A stretch of DNA of 64,000 nt from Mobula hypostoma (lineage: Eukaryota), in the NCBI RefSeq assembly GCF_963921235.1, contig NC_086097.1:164054001-164118000 (forward strand), read 5' to 3'. Under the pieces are notes generated by a model, which saw only the letters and a program-made list of their open reading frames with translations, had not been told where the DNA came from and ran no database searches. Of this stretch, positions 37,746 to 52,063 are shown in pieces. The position numbers were made by a program, and so were the translations under genes. Numbering within the stretch: position 1 is the first letter of the stretch; every line of letters starts with the position of its first letter.

Positions 37746-39276
37746 GTATGTGAGGCAACAGGGAGAGAAAGAGAGTAATTTAATCATAGTGAGATGAATT
37801 CTATTACTTCACAACCCTAACCCTGCCTTAGTACGGTTCTAACACGACAGTACATCAAAGAAATTCCTTTGCATTCATTGGTAGAAATTTCAGTGAATGG
37901 GCCCTTCTTTTAAGAGGTAATCACTAATATTTCTTATGGAAAGTAAGTATGCACATTTCCCAAAGGTCAATAGTTATATATTTTCACAGAAACAAAGCAT
38001 TAAAATTGCAAACAAAGCCCTCAAAATGTTGATAAAACTCAACAGACTGCACAGAATGAGAAAGGACTTTTCTTCATAGAGTGGCAATTTGACTTTGATC
38101 TGTGAACACATAATTAACACATGAATTCTATGTGGATTGCATGTTTTAGATCAGTGCAGAAAACAGCATTGTTTCTACTGCCCCACAAAATGCAGTGGCA
38201 CTGCTAGGGTTATCATCAGAATACAACCACAAGCCATGCTGGTTCACAGTATTACATCCATCCTCAGTAATAGCATAATTAAACACAATCCCTAATATAG
38301 GAAATTTTTTAATCTGGATCATATGGTATTTGTGGGATGTGTGATCACCCTAATTAATCCTCACAAAAACTCATTGAAAATTCTGTTGTTTTAATTAGAA
38401 ATGGTGGCACACTATATATTACCATAGCAATGCTGCTCAGCTGAAACTAGTCTCAATTAAAGGTTCGACATTTTACAAGAAATGTCAGCAAGATGTAGAA
38501 ATAACCATTATGGTACCACAATATCTAAAGTATAAATAAAAGTGCAAGAAGAAGATGTCTGAGGTCAATGTTTTATGAATAGCTGTGCCTGATTTGTGAT
38601 TTGGAGAGAATCAGAGTTGAATTGCTTCTTAAGGAAAATGACTCCAGACGAGTTCATGTGACTGTGAAATTAATAAGGCTTTCAATACAGTCTGTGAAAT
38701 ATGCCGCAAGATATTTCCAAATGTGTCTCAAAGATAACCCAATAAACATCACATAACAAACACTGTTTTCGACTAGTCCTGACTCAAGGTACTTCCATGT
38801 AGTCAAGTCCTCATGTATATGTTGACCTCTTCACTACCTGAGTATATCATGTTCGATCTTCTGTAGTTCATGATTAATTGTGAGGGGTGAGCTGGAGAGA
38901 TGTGTTGAAGGGAGATTCTGACATTTGAGGTATAATAGAGTGCTGTCCTTAGAGTCAAAAAGTCATAGAACAATACAGCGCAGAACAGACCCTTCAGCCC
39001 ATCTAGTCCATGCCAAACCATTAATCTGCCTAATCCCATCAACCTGCACCCAGTCCATCTCCCTTCCATCCACGTACCTATCCAAATGTTTCTTAAATGT
39101 TGAAATTGACCCTGCATCCTCCACTTGTTCCACACTTTCATGACCCTTTGAGTGAAGAAGCTCCACCGGATATTACCCTTAAACATTTCACCTTTCACTC
39201 TTAACCCATGATCTCTAGTTGTAGCCTCATTCAACCTCAGTGGAAAAAGCCTGCTTGCATTTACCCTAGCTACACC

Positions 39277-41020
39277 TGTTATGTGTCTGGTACTGGGAAG
39301 CCAGGTGACCGTGAATAACACGCACGGGAGACAGAAAGGTGAGGAATAAATGTGCTGCTATTTATTTTATTTGTAGGTCATCTACCCAGAATGACTTCTC
39401 ACATTCCATTCAGTACATAACACACAGGGAAGCTTGACAGCATTCTGTAAGGGTCCAGATATGCATGAATACTTAACATATCCCTCCCCTCATACACAGA
39501 CCAGCTGCTGAACTATTAACATTCAATGGAATAATCATCAACCACACAACAACAAAAATCATTTTTTCTCAAAACTAGGAAAAGACAATAGACTACTTCT
39601 ATTCCCAGATATAACCCTGGGGATTCTGCCCCATGTGCTGATGGTTAATCACTAAACTAGAGATCCAATCTGACTGCCTGTTCTTTTGAGGGTACCGACG
39701 ACCTGGGAATGACGTTAAAGTCAGTTTATCTCTTGGTAGTGTATGTACAGATCTTGGCTTGGGTAGTGAGGGGCACCTCAGAAAGCACAGTTGATGGGGG
39801 GACCACTGGTTGTGTCATTTGATTGTAACAGAACCCTGTCCCTTTTCTACAACTGGATCTGGATTGGTCAGTTTGTGCTGGTTTTCAGTGGCCTCAGAAG
39901 TGGGCAACAGCTGATCAGCATGCCCTCTCCAGATGTGTGACTAGTTCCCACTGTGTACAACACGGGACCAGATTGTGCCACCAACCTCCCTCAGGTATCC
40001 ACTCCATTCCAGAGATGTAGTTCCAGCAAGTAATCTCCCTCCTGCTTTGGAACTTCTGACACATCTCTCTGTTTGGGTTTTCTGTTCATTTAGCACAATC
40101 TGTTTTGTGTTTGGGTGATTAGAATCAGGTCAAGTCAGGTGCAAAGCTTCTTTTCATCAATGCAGTGGCTGGAGTAATTTTTGTGGTGGCATGAGGTATA
40201 TTGAGTTGTGTCAACAAGATGCTGGTTGAGGGATCCACTTCCCACTGAAGCCTTGAGGATTTGTTTCATTGTTTTTATTAATCGTTCAGCAAGGCTAGTA
40301 GTGGCTGGGTGATATGGTGCTGACTTGGTGTGCTGAATACCGTTTGCGTCCATAAATGCCTCGAACTCTTCAGACATGAGCTGTGGGCCATTGCCACTTA
40401 CAAACTGTTGAGAAAGTTTAAAACAGCTAAAGATAGAACATAGCTTCCCAATACATTTTTCGGATTTAGTACTCCTCATGATGGAGACCTTAGGCCATTT
40501 ACTTTATGTGCCATTATGGCCAGGTACAGGTGCTGCAAAATCTATGTGAATCCTCTGCCATGGTTCTTCAGGCCATTCCCATGGATGCAAAGAAGCAAGC
40601 TGAGGAACATTTCTCACTCACTGACTATGTGGGCATGCTTTGTCCTTCTCTTCAATGTCACATCCAGTCCTAGCCTGAGCTAGAGCTGCATGCAATTTCT
40701 TTCACGTGCACTGCACCACAGTGACCTGTCTATAGCTCGTCTAACACTTGCTTTCTTAATGGTGGAGGAATGACAACTCATAGTCGCTCCATAGAAAACA
40801 TCCTGCTTGGACTGTGAGCTCCTTCTATTGAGTCTGATAACATTTTAATTCGATAGTTAGCTCTCCTTTCCATTCGGGAGTTACCATGTCCACTAATTTA
40901 GACGGAACAGGGTCAGTACATGTGTGCTTCCAGACTTGTGCCACAGTTGTCAGAGCTGCAGATACTTCCTTGGCTCTGGAGCTGTAATAGGTAAGGGAAG
41001 TCTGGATAGTCCATCAGGGT
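39277..41020 (-). mobile_element. Truncated Gypsy-type element: integrase region plus 3' LTR (39277-39478)
   Basis: LTR TGTTA...TAACA preceded on - strand by PPT AGGGGAGGGATA; integrase VSGNGPQL...SAPYHPAT..LAER; tggcagaggattcacatagatttt (WQRIHIDF). Confidence 0.8.
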
Positions 41021-43214
41021 TAAAATAAACATGAATACATAAGAAGACCCCTCATTATTTTCTATAACTTTATCAAATCTCCCCTTAGTCTTCTACATTC
41101 TAGGGAATGAAGTCCGAACCTGTTCAATCTTTCCCTGCAGCTCAGGTCCTCAAGCACCAGAAACAATCCTGTAAGTTTTCTCTTTACTCTTTCAATCTTA
41201 TTTACATTTTTCCTGTAGGTAGGTGACTAAAACTGCACATAGTACTCCAAATTAGGCCCTACCAACGTTTCATACAACTCCAACATAACATACCAACTCC
41301 TGTATTCAGTACATTGATTTATGAAGGCCAATGTGCCAAAAGCTTTCTTTACCATCCTTTCTATCTGTGACACCCCTTTCAAGGAATTATGGATCTGTAT
41401 TCCCAGATCTCTCAGTTCTATCCCACTCTTCTGTGCCCTGTCACTCTCCATGTAGACCTACCTGGTTGGTCCTCCCAAAGTTTAACACCTCACATTTGTC
41501 TGCATTAAATTCCATCTGCTATTTTTCAGCCCATTCATCCAGCTGGTCCAGATCCCACTGTAAGCTTTGATAGTCCTTCTCATTGTCCACTACACACATG
41601 ATCTTGGTGTCATCTACAAATTTGCCGATTCAGTTTATTACATTATCATCCAGCTCATTGATAGAGATGACAAACAACAACAGACCCAGCACATCAGTAG
41701 TCACAAGCCTCCAGTCAGAGAGGCAACCATCTACTACCACTCTCTGGCTTATCTCACAAAGCCAATATCTAATTCAATTTACTACCTCATCTTCAATGCC
41801 AAGTGAATGAACCTTCTTGACTTTGTCTAAGGTCTTGCTGAAGTCAATGTAGACAACACCCACTGCTTTGCTTTTGTCAACTTTTCTGGTGATATCCTCT
41901 AAAAGCTATAAGATTGGTTAGGCACAAAGCCATGTTGACTATCCATATACTTATAGATCCAATCCCTTAGAATACCTCCCAATAAATTTCCCACTACTGA
42001 TGTCAGGCTTACTGGCCTATACTCCTGTTGTTACCTTAGAGCCTTTCTTAAACAATGGAGCAACATTAGCTATTCTCCAATCTTCCAGCACCTCACCTGT
42101 GGCTAAGGATGTTTTAAACGTCTCTGCAAGAGCCCCTGCAATTTCGGCACTGGCCTCCCACAGGATTCGAGGAAACACTTTCTCAAGCTCTAAGGATTTA
42201 TCCACCCTAATTTGCCTCAAGACAGCAAAACTCTCTTCCTCTGTTACCTCCATGAGCTTGTTGCAGCATTGTGTCACATGTAAAGACTCTATGTCCATCT
42301 GCTGAGTAACTACTGATGCAAAAAAATCAATCTCCCCCATCTCGTTCAGCTCCATGCATAGATTACCATTCTGTTCTTCCAGAGGACCAATTTTGTCCCT
42401 TGCTATCTTTTTGCTTTTAACATATCTGTAGAAACCTTAGGATTCCCCTTCATCTTGTCTGTTTTTCGCCCTCCTGATTTCCTTAAGTGTTCCCTTGCAT
42501 TTTTTATACACCTCAAGTGTCTCATTTCTTCTTACCTGCTTATATCGGTTATGTACCTCCTTATCTTTCTTAGCCAGGCCCTCAAAATCTCTCAAAAACC
42601 AACATTCCCTAAACCTGTTATCCTTGCCTTTTATTCTGACAGGAACGTACAAACTCTGTACTATCAAAATGTCACTTCTGATAGGTGCACTTTAGTTAGA
42701 AAACAGCCTGTCCTCATCTGCACTTGCCAGATTATTTGTAATACAATCCAACTCAGAATCTTAACCCAAGGACTAGACCTTTCCTTTTCTATAATTACTT
42801 TGAAACTAATGACATTATGATCACTCAATGCAAGGTGTTCACCTACACAAACTTCTGTTACCCACCCTCTCTCATTCCCTGATAGCAGATTTAGTATTGT
42901 GCTCTCTCTGGACTTCTATGTACTGATTAAGGAAACTTACTTGAACACATTTGGCAAACTCTTTCCTATCCAGCCCTTTCAGTGTATGGGCGTCCCAGTC
43001 AATATGTGGAAAGTTGAAATTACCTTCTCTCTCAGCCTTATGTTTCTTGGAACAGTTTGTGATCTCTCTACAAATTTGCTCTTCTAAATCCTGCAGACTG
43101 TTAGGTGGTGTATAATATAATTCTTTAATATAATACCTTTCTTATTCCTCAGTTCTATCTGTAAAGCCAGTTACTTGTGTCCTGCACCTTAGGTGTAACT
43201 ACCTCCCTCTATTT

Positions 43215-43365
43215 CCTCCATATTGTTCTCCAGTCCTGAAGAAGGGTCTTGGCCCAAAACATTAACTGTCTGTTCATTTCTATGGATGCTGCCCGACCTG
43301 CCGAATTCATCTAGCACCTTCTGTGTGTTGCTTTGGATTTTCAGCATCTACAGTATTTCTCATGT
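43215..43365 (+). mobile_element. Penelope-type terminal repeat with decayed hammerhead
   Basis: cagtcCTGAAGAagggtcttggcccAAAAcattaactg followed by the family tail. Confidence 0.7.
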
Positions 43366-46169
43366 CCCTGTATGTTGTAGTCTACCAATCCTTCAACCTC
43401 TTGAATGATCCAGACTTCATTCATTTCCTGCTCCATCTCCTTAACATGGTCTGTTAGAGGCTGCAACTGGATGCACTTCTTGCAGGTATAGTCGTAAGTG
43501 ACACTAGAGATCTCCTTCCTTTCCTACATCCAGCAATAGCAGCATTCCACTATTCTGCTTGGCATCCCCACAGCTCTAAGTGTACAATTAGAAAGAAAGC
43601 CTTGATGATCAAAGCCTCATCTTCCTACTCTAACACTGGCCCCCTCTCACAGTGACCGCTCCCACAATGGCTGTTCCAATAAAGCCTAACTTCTTTATAT
43701 TGGCCCTTGTCACGTGCCTAGTGCTGCATAATCCAATGTCTTCTCGGGAACTGTGGCGTGTAAAACCTGCTGACTGCCCCGTTCACTTCTTTTAAACTCT
43801 CTCTTCCTCTACGCAATATGATGTCTTCTAAGGAACTGTGGTACGTTAAGTGTATTAAAGAGTATATTCTGGTGAAGCAAAATTAACCATACGTGCCTAA
43901 AGAGCTTTGAATGGTCATCTATGATAAAGAAAGAGTAATTAACTATTTTTACCCCTCTGATTAGTTTCTCTTTCCTAAGACTGAATAGAGTCCATTACGA
44001 TTTTTTTTACCCCTAAGGTGAGAAGTGTGATGTTGCATAAGCCTATTGAGGTTGATGAAAACAGTTAAAAAAAGGCAAATGAAGCCAAGCTGGCATAATT
44101 TGATTAGAATGCTGTGGTTTGAAACCTTGAGTATTTGTAGTCAAGTTGTACTCAGGTTATGTCGTTATAAATCACAAATCTGTTCCCTATTCAACAGATG
44201 TATAGTTCTCTTGAAGACTGAGGGACAGAGAGAGGATGCCTTATCTTGCAAAATTGCAGCTTGTTTTTGTTAGAATGACAGCAGAACTTAAAGCAATTAC
44301 TGTGGTCATTGCTCTGGCTTTATCTAAGTAGCCTATAGATTCACATATCTGCATTAACATACAGTAACTCTCCAAAAATCCCCCACCTTCACAGTCATTG
44401 GCTTGATCTGTGGACCATATTTGAAATTATTCTATTTGTATGCAATGAAGTGGAGCTCAGGGTTTCTGGAGGCCTGGCTCTTTCAATCCAAGTCACCAAG
44501 GAAGTGGATAGCCTTCTGTGATCTTCCTGCAATCTCCAGGGCATTGGTGTGAGCAACTCAGTAGAAAAGACACACGGGATTTTTAATGCAGCTGCATAGA
44601 TATTCCAATGCACGTGAAACACGGTGTGAGGGTAGTGTTTAGTTGTAGCATCAATGATGTCATGAACTGTTCTCCAATTGCAATGCCCTTTCTCCTCCTG
44701 TGGGTTGGCTCGAGTTATGACCAGGCCTCTGGAGTGTAGGATGGGCTATAGTCTAGGTACTTAACCAATATCAACAGCACTTATTAGTGTAAGAGTGAGT
44801 GTAGAAAGAGACATTTCTTATAGTCAGGAATGGTGGGAGACATTGGCCTCGGCTTTGAACAAGGGTGAAGTATGAGCTGGTCAACATATTCTAACAGATG
44901 ACTTCCCAGGGCCAGAGAGGAGGTGTGGAGGGTTGGGGCAAAGTGGAAACAGGATTATGTGGGGTGGGGGCAAAGGAGTAAGAGAGTAATAGGATCATAG
45001 ACAGTACAGATGGGGAGCTGGGACAGGCTGCAAATCATGAGGATATTTAGTTTTCATGGGTAGAGCTTAGGCTGAGGACATCTGAATGTATTTCACTTAT
45101 CATAAGATATTCTATCTCAGCATGACTGAACTCAGACCATGTTGCCAAGGAGTGAACACCAGTAACTACTTCCAGGACAACATACCCAACAGTAGTCATG
45201 TGGCACTGTTGCTAAAATCACAACAGAAAATTGCAAGTGGTGTTTAACGACAGGCATGCTCTTCTGCAAATAGTTGTAGATTTGACTTACACCAGGTTGA
45301 AATGATCTTCCATATCATTATGCTGAAAAAGAAACCACTATGCAATCCATTTATGAGGTGTGTATTTCAAAAGCCTTTTGTTTCCTGATTTGAAAAGCTT
45401 TGGATGAGGAGAATGAAGATGGTCAAAGAGAATTGGCCAGAGAGGCTATAAAGACTGATGGTTTTCCTAGCTGATGTGGGAAATGAGCTTAGTTATGGTA
45501 AGTGACAGGCTATCATGTAAGTCAAAAATACAAAATGCTGGAAACACTTGGCAAGGATGAGCAGAATCTTTGGAACATGAAACAGAGTTAACTTTCAGGT
45601 CAATATCCCTTTGTAACAGGATATGGGGAAGGGATTAACATAAGCATCATTTAAAAGAAGAAGGTCATGTGAGTGACACATCCAAGGACACCTTCCACTT
45701 CAGTTCAGAATTCCAAGGATGAGTAAGCCAGACCAAGATTTATGAGCACCATTTGCTTCCGAATTTCAACCAATGCATTTAGAAGTGAGCATGTCCTGAT
45801 ACAGCCTTTGGCAATTTCTGCCACAATTTTTATGTGCATTTTCTTTGCTGTGTTGATCAACCTACAAACTTAAGAGCATCAGATTTTTCTTCGTCTCAAT
45901 CAACAGTAAGCACCAGATTTGACCTTTCTTAGGAGGAAGTCCATGAGATCTTCCATCTCTGAGGACAGAGCAAAAGAAAGTTAGCTTCAGGAAAACAGGA
46001 ACTGTTGAAAATGTCCTACAAATGAGACAGCATCTGTGGAGAGAGAAATGGGGTAAAGGTTTCACATTGTTAATATCATCAGCAATGGAAAGTTGCTAAT
46101 AAGCATTTTATAAGGATGTATAGAAAAGGGTGCAGTGGTTAGAGAAAAAAAATGTGTGATAAAGGTTGT

Positions 46170-47668
46170 TTCTCAGACTGGAGACCCCAAACTAATGGTT
46201 TTTTCAGAAGTTGATGCTGGGCCCATTGTTGTTCATCATTGATGTGTGATTGGATTAAAAAATATACAGAGCACGGTTAGTAAATTTGCAAATGACACTA
46301 AAATAGATGTTTTTGGATAAAGTTATCAAAAGTTACAATGGAATCTTAATCAGCTGCATAATTGGGCTGAGGAATGGCAAATTGAGTTTAATTTGGATAA
46401 GTGCAGGTTGTTGCATTTTGGAAGGTCAAATCCATAAAGAACTTTCACAGTGAATGGCATGACCCTGAGGAGTGTTGTAGAATAGAGGGACCTTGGAATA
46501 CAGATACTGTATACTGTATAAGACCATCTCCCCACCCTAAATAACCAAGAATCTATTGGCCTCCGCTTTAAATATACCCAACGACTTGGCTCCACAGCCA
46601 TCTGTGACAATGAGTTCTATAGGTTCACCACCCTCTGGCTAAAGAAATTCCTCCTCAGCTCTGTTCTAAATTGATGTCCCTCTATTCTGAGGCTGTGCCT
46701 TTTGGTCCTAGACTGCACCATTATAGGAAACATCCTCTCCATGTCCACTCTATCTAGGCTTTCAATGTTTGATAGATTTCAATGAGATCCCCCCCTTATT
46801 CTAAACTCAGTGAACACAGGCCCAGAGCCATCAAATGCTCCTCATACTTTAACCCTTTCATTCCCAGAATCAATGTCGTGAACTTCCTCAGGACTGCCTC
46901 CAATATCAGCACATCCTTTCATAGAAAAGGAGCCCAAAACTAACCTTGATGGAATCCTGCACATGGACTCTCAAGTTCCTTTGCACATCTGATTTTTGAA
47001 TTTTCTCCACATTTAGAAAATAGTTTACACCTTTAATCCTTCTACCAAAGTGCATGACCAAACACTTCCTTCTCTATATTCCATCTTCCACTTCTTTGCC
47101 CATTCTCCTAATCTGTCTATGTCCTTCTGCTGAGTCCCTGCCTCCTCAGCACTACCCCCCCACTCCACATCATCCACAAACCCTGCCACAAAACCATCAA
47201 TTCTGACATCCAAATTTTTGACATACAACATAGAGAAAGGAGTGGACCCCTGCAGAACACCACTAGTCACCAGCAGCCAATAAGAAAAGCCCCCTTTATT
47301 CCCACTTTTTGTCTCCTGCCAGTCAGCCAGGTTCACTGAAAGTAGAATCACATGTGGATGTGGTGGTTAATAAGGCATTTAGCACGTTGGTCTTCATTGT
47401 CGGGTATTGAGTATAAAAGTTGGGAGGTCATGATGTGATTGTATAAGTCACTGATGAAATCATACTTGGATTTTTCAGTTTTGATCAATCTACTATACGA
47501 AAGATGTTATGAAACTGTAAAGAGTACAGAAAGGGAGTGCAAGGATGCTGTTACGACTTGATTGAATGAATTAGGAAGAGAAGTTGGACAGGTTAGGACT
47601 TTATTCCTTAGAGTACAGGAGAATGAGAGGTGATCTTATAGAGATGTATCAAATCATGAGGGGGATAT
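46170..47668 (+). mobile_element. CR1 RT fragment (+) interrupted by an opposite-strand CR1 fragment (about 46518-47330)
   Basis: aaatttgcaaatgacactaaa (KFANDTK) before the break and ctgaaagtagaatcacat continuing after it; the insert matches 29756-30840. Confidence 0.75.
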
Positions 47669-48779
47669 GCTGTTTAAAACTTTATCCAAAGACACTCATC
47701 AGCCATGGTTGGCAGTTTATCTAGGAGAAGGGAAACTCCAATCTTAAACCTCCATTGCCTTGCTGCCCTGCCCACTCAGAGGAAAAATCCAGAGCTGGAG
47801 TCCCTGAGGCAGTCCGATGTTGAGTTCAACGATGACTGACAACTCCTGTGATGCCACTTGTGCTGAATTGTGTCAGTCTCTGCCATTCCTTTGGATTCAT
47901 CAGCTGCACGGAGAGCAGGAGCCTGCTTCATGGACAACAGCTTGCTCTCCGTATCACACTGCCCTGTCACATAGACAGCTAGGATGCACTATCCATGGTT
48001 GACCCTGACCAACAGTGGACCTCCTATCCAAAGTGGTGAGATAGCTCATCATGGACAAGAAGGAAACATAAAACCAAGGTAGATAAGCAAGATAAATGAG
48101 ACAAATAGACATTCCTTTGGAGAGAGGAGCAGAGCTTCTGCAAGGTGGCCATGGGTAATTGGCAGTCATTTAAACAATAATTCAATACTGTGGATGCTGC
48201 TAACTCTGAAATAAAATCGTAGATGCTTAGCAGGACAGACAGCATCTGTGAAAAGAGAAGCAAAGTCAACATTTCAGGCAAAAGGCCATTCGTTAGTGCT
48301 GGGAAAGACAAAGATAAACAGTTGTAACAGGTTTCAAGATGTTGAGGAAAGATGGAAGGGCAGCAGGAACATAAGGGAAGCATCCAGAGGCCGTCAGTCC
48401 TGGCCTAAAATGCAAGTCCGTGCACACAACCCTTTGATCTACAGAATTTCTGATACTAACAAGCCTCTACATGTAGAAAATTTAGTCTCTTCCCAACAAC
48501 ATCAATCCCTTATCCTAAGGTTATTTCAGATGGAACTAAGGTATTAGTAGGAATGGTTTGATTAAATGGCAGAATAGACTTGAGAAATTAAGTTGCTATT
48601 TCTAGTCCTCTTTTCTTCCAGACAGGCATTGTACAAAATCCTAGATTATGAGATAGCCTCCTGCTGCTAACCAGTGAACATTTTTGAAGTGTTTGTTGAG
48701 TGTGTCACTTTAAAAGCTTATAGTGTCTATTAGTATACAGAGAAGAGAAGGATGCCTAGTCTGCTACCAAGGTTGTTCT

Positions 48780-50295
48780 CAAAATTCAAAGTAAATTTAT
48801 TACCAAAGTACATATTTGCCACCATATACAATCCTGAGATTCATTTCTAGTGGGAATACTCAATAAAATCCATAATAGAATCAATGAAAGACCGCACCAA
48901 TTTGGGCATTCAACCAATGTGCAAAAGGCAGCAAACTGTCTAGAGCATAGAACATAGAAATCTACAGCACGTTACAGGCCCTTTGGCCCACAATCTTGTG
49001 CCGACCATGTAACCTACTCTAGAAACTGTCTAGAATTTCCCTAACGCACAGCCCTCTATTGTTCTAAGCTCCATGTACCTATCTAAGAGGCTCTTAAAAG
49101 ACCCTATTGTATCCGCTTCCACCACCACTGCCAGCAGTGCATTCCACGCACCCACCACTCTCTGTGTGGAAAAACCTACCCCTGACATACCCTCGGTACC
49201 TATTTCCAAGCACATAAAACTATGCCCCCCTCGTGTTAACCATTTCAGCCCAGGGAAAAAGCCTCTAGCTATCCACATGATCAATGCCTCACATCATCTT
49301 GTACACCTCTAACAGGTTACCTCTCATCCTCTGTCCCTCCAAGGAGAAAAGGCCAAGTTCACTCATCCTATTCTCATAAGGTACGCACTCCAATCCAGGC
49401 AACATCCTTGTAAATCTAAATACAAAGAGAAATAGATAATAAATAAAGCAATAACTTTTGAAAACATGAGATGAAGAGCCCTTGAAAGTGAGTCCATAGG
49501 TTGTGAGAACACTTCAATGATAGAGTGAGTGAAGTTTTCCCTTTTGGTTCAAGAGCCTGATGTTTGAGGGGTAGTAGCTGTTCCTAAACCTGGCGGTGTG
49601 AGTGCCTGTACTTTTGTCCTGATAGCAACAGTGGGACGAGAGCATGAGCTCTCTGATCACTGATGTTAGATGCTGCTTCCTGTGACAACACTTGGTGTGG
49701 ATGTGCTCATTGATGGGGAGGGTTTACCCGTGATGGACTGGGCTATATCCACTACTTTTTATAGGATATCCATTCAAGGGCATTGGTGTTTCCATACCAG
49801 GCTGTGATGCAGTCAGTCAATATATGCTCCACCATACATCTATAGAAGGTTGTCAAAGTTTTAGATGTCATGCCAAAGTAGAGACACTGTCATGCTTTCT
49901 TCGTAATTGTACTTGCATCCCAGGAAAGGACCTCCAAAATAATAACACCAAGGATTTTATAGTTGCTGATTTTCACCACATCTGATCCTCCAATAAGGAC
50001 TGGCTCATGGACTTTTGGTTTCATCCTTATGAAGTCCATGATCAGCTCTTTGTTCTTGCTGACATTGGGTAAGAGGTCATTGCTGTGGCACCACTCAGCC
50101 AGATTTTCAATCTCCCTCCTACATGCTGATTTGTCACCACCTTTGATTCGCCCTACGACAGAGGTGTCATCAGCAAACTTAAATATGGCATTGGAGCTGT
50201 GCTTAGCCATGCAGTCATAAGCTTAAAATGAGCAGAGCGGGAGGGATAAGCGCACAGCCTTGTGGTGCACCTGTGCTGATGGAGATTGTAGAGGA
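48780..50295 (-). mobile_element. Rex/Babar-like LINE 3' part with a nested CR1 3' fragment (about 48941-49417)
   Basis: TGAPQGCAL and KFADDTSVVGRI; the paralogous copy near 25820 lacks the insert. Confidence 0.8.
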
Positions 50296-50419
50296 TCTGC
50301 TAAGATTTTTGAACCTCCTTTTGCCCTGGGACTGAGGAAGTCGTGAAACTGAAGTTTCACCTAATGGGCTAAGTGGTGCAGTTCTGATGTGACATCTTAT
50401 CTGGCTCCATTGTGCTGCT

Positions 50420-50818
50420 GCCATCAGGAAGAAGGCTCAGGAGTTCAGAACTCACACCACCAGATTTAGGAGCAGCTATTGCCCCTGAACCATTATGCTG
50501 TTGAGGCAGAAAGGATAACTTCACTCATCTTCACTTGCCCATCATTAAACAGTTCCCAAAACCTAAGGGCTTACTTTCAAGAACTCTTCACCTCATCTTC
50601 ACAATATTCATTTATTTGTTTGAACTTTGAAATTTGAATTTATTTATTATTTTTTCTTTCTTTCTTTTTGTACTTGCACAGTTTGCTGTCTCATTGTCCT
50701 CCTTGTTGATGCAGTCTTTCTTTGATTCTGTTATGGTTATTGGACTTACTGAGCATACCCGCTGTGAAAATGAATAGCAGGGTTGTATGTAGTGGCATAT
50801 ATGTACTTTGAACTTTGA
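50420..50818 (+). mobile_element. 3' end of the same Rex/Babar-like family, opposite strand
   Basis: Reverse complement resembles 25655-26040; ends actttgaactttga. Confidence 0.7.
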
Positions 50819-52063
50819 GAAGTGAATGAGATTTTACTATATTATCCTTTACCTTTTGGACTGATGCTAGAATATCCAGAAAGTTAATTGTTTTGATGAT
50901 TGCTCATCTGGCTGCGTGGGTTTTGACACAGATTCCAATTATTTGTGATTACCACGTTCATGAAAATAACAAAATAATGTAAAATATGAGTGAGGAAACA
51001 CTATACAAGCATTTCATAGAGTCACCAGAAGATCCAAACATCATCTCAAGCACATGGAAATTCAGGCCACTTCTTTATATATATAAAACTTGCCTGTCAT
51101 GTCATAACTTCAATGATGGAGTCATGGGATATCACAAATATCAAAATTTGTGAACTTGATTAGTCTCTTTATGAGTCACTAACTCATTCTTCCATGCAGT
51201 CAGAGAATTTCAGCTTTTCATTGTTGGTATTTATTTCATTCTTGGAAAGAAATTTTTATTTGTTATTCTAAGCTACCAAATTTTAACATGATCCCTTAAT
51301 AATTGCTGCAGTGATCCTTTATGTTATTCATTACATTGAACATCAGCTGACTACAACAGGGTAATTGGCATCTAAGGCACAAGAAACAGAATTATGGCAA
51401 TAAATAATCATAGTTACCGACAGCACAGAGTGGAAAGATGCAAACTACCCTTTAGTGACTTTCCAGGGAACAGTTGCTCCCTTCCATATCAGATAACACT
51501 AAATGCAACGCAGATTTCCTTATGCTGCCAGGGATTCCTGAGGAAGATTCATAACTCATATACTCAGCTAATGATTGTGTTGCAGCTGCAATGGAGGGTG
51601 ATATAATATGCATAAAGATTACCACCAAAAAAATGAATGCAAGCAACCAAACTAAAGCAAAATCCAGAAAGTTATGTAAATTAGATTTGTACTTGTGAAG
51701 CTCTTTCTTTCTTTTTAAATCTTTTTATTGAGTAAGTATACAAAAAAGGTAAGCCATATAAACATTAATACAATGTTAAAGTACAATAAAATTCCAAAAG
51801 ATAACAATACCAAAAAGAAAATACTACAAACAATGTAATTTAAGCATAAGAAACCAAGATAACATAATAGTATACTAGATTTTATATATATCAATGGAAA
51901 AAAAAAAGAAAAAAAAACCCCCCAAAAAAATCCCACCGTGCAACTACCTAAAAGCAAAGCAAAGCAATGGGCTAACTTGAAACCAAACAGAGTTAAACTT
52001 AAAATCACGTCCTCAATCCCGACCTCCATTAAAACAGTGAAAAAAAAACAAGAAGGGTAAATA

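Larger units (their letters stand above)
38950..43520 (-). mobile_element. Decayed CR1 split by a truncated Gypsy (pieces about 38950-39276 and 41047-43520)
   Basis: 3' end at left; LYETLVGPNLEY, EDWRIANVAPLFKKG and endonuclease remnants at right; tttaccctagctacacc continues as cccctcattattttctata. Confidence 0.75.

Noticed and set aside
51715..52029. Hydrophobic 104-aa ORF in the L1 3' UTR
   Set aside because: Explained by U-rich composition; no recognisable motif.
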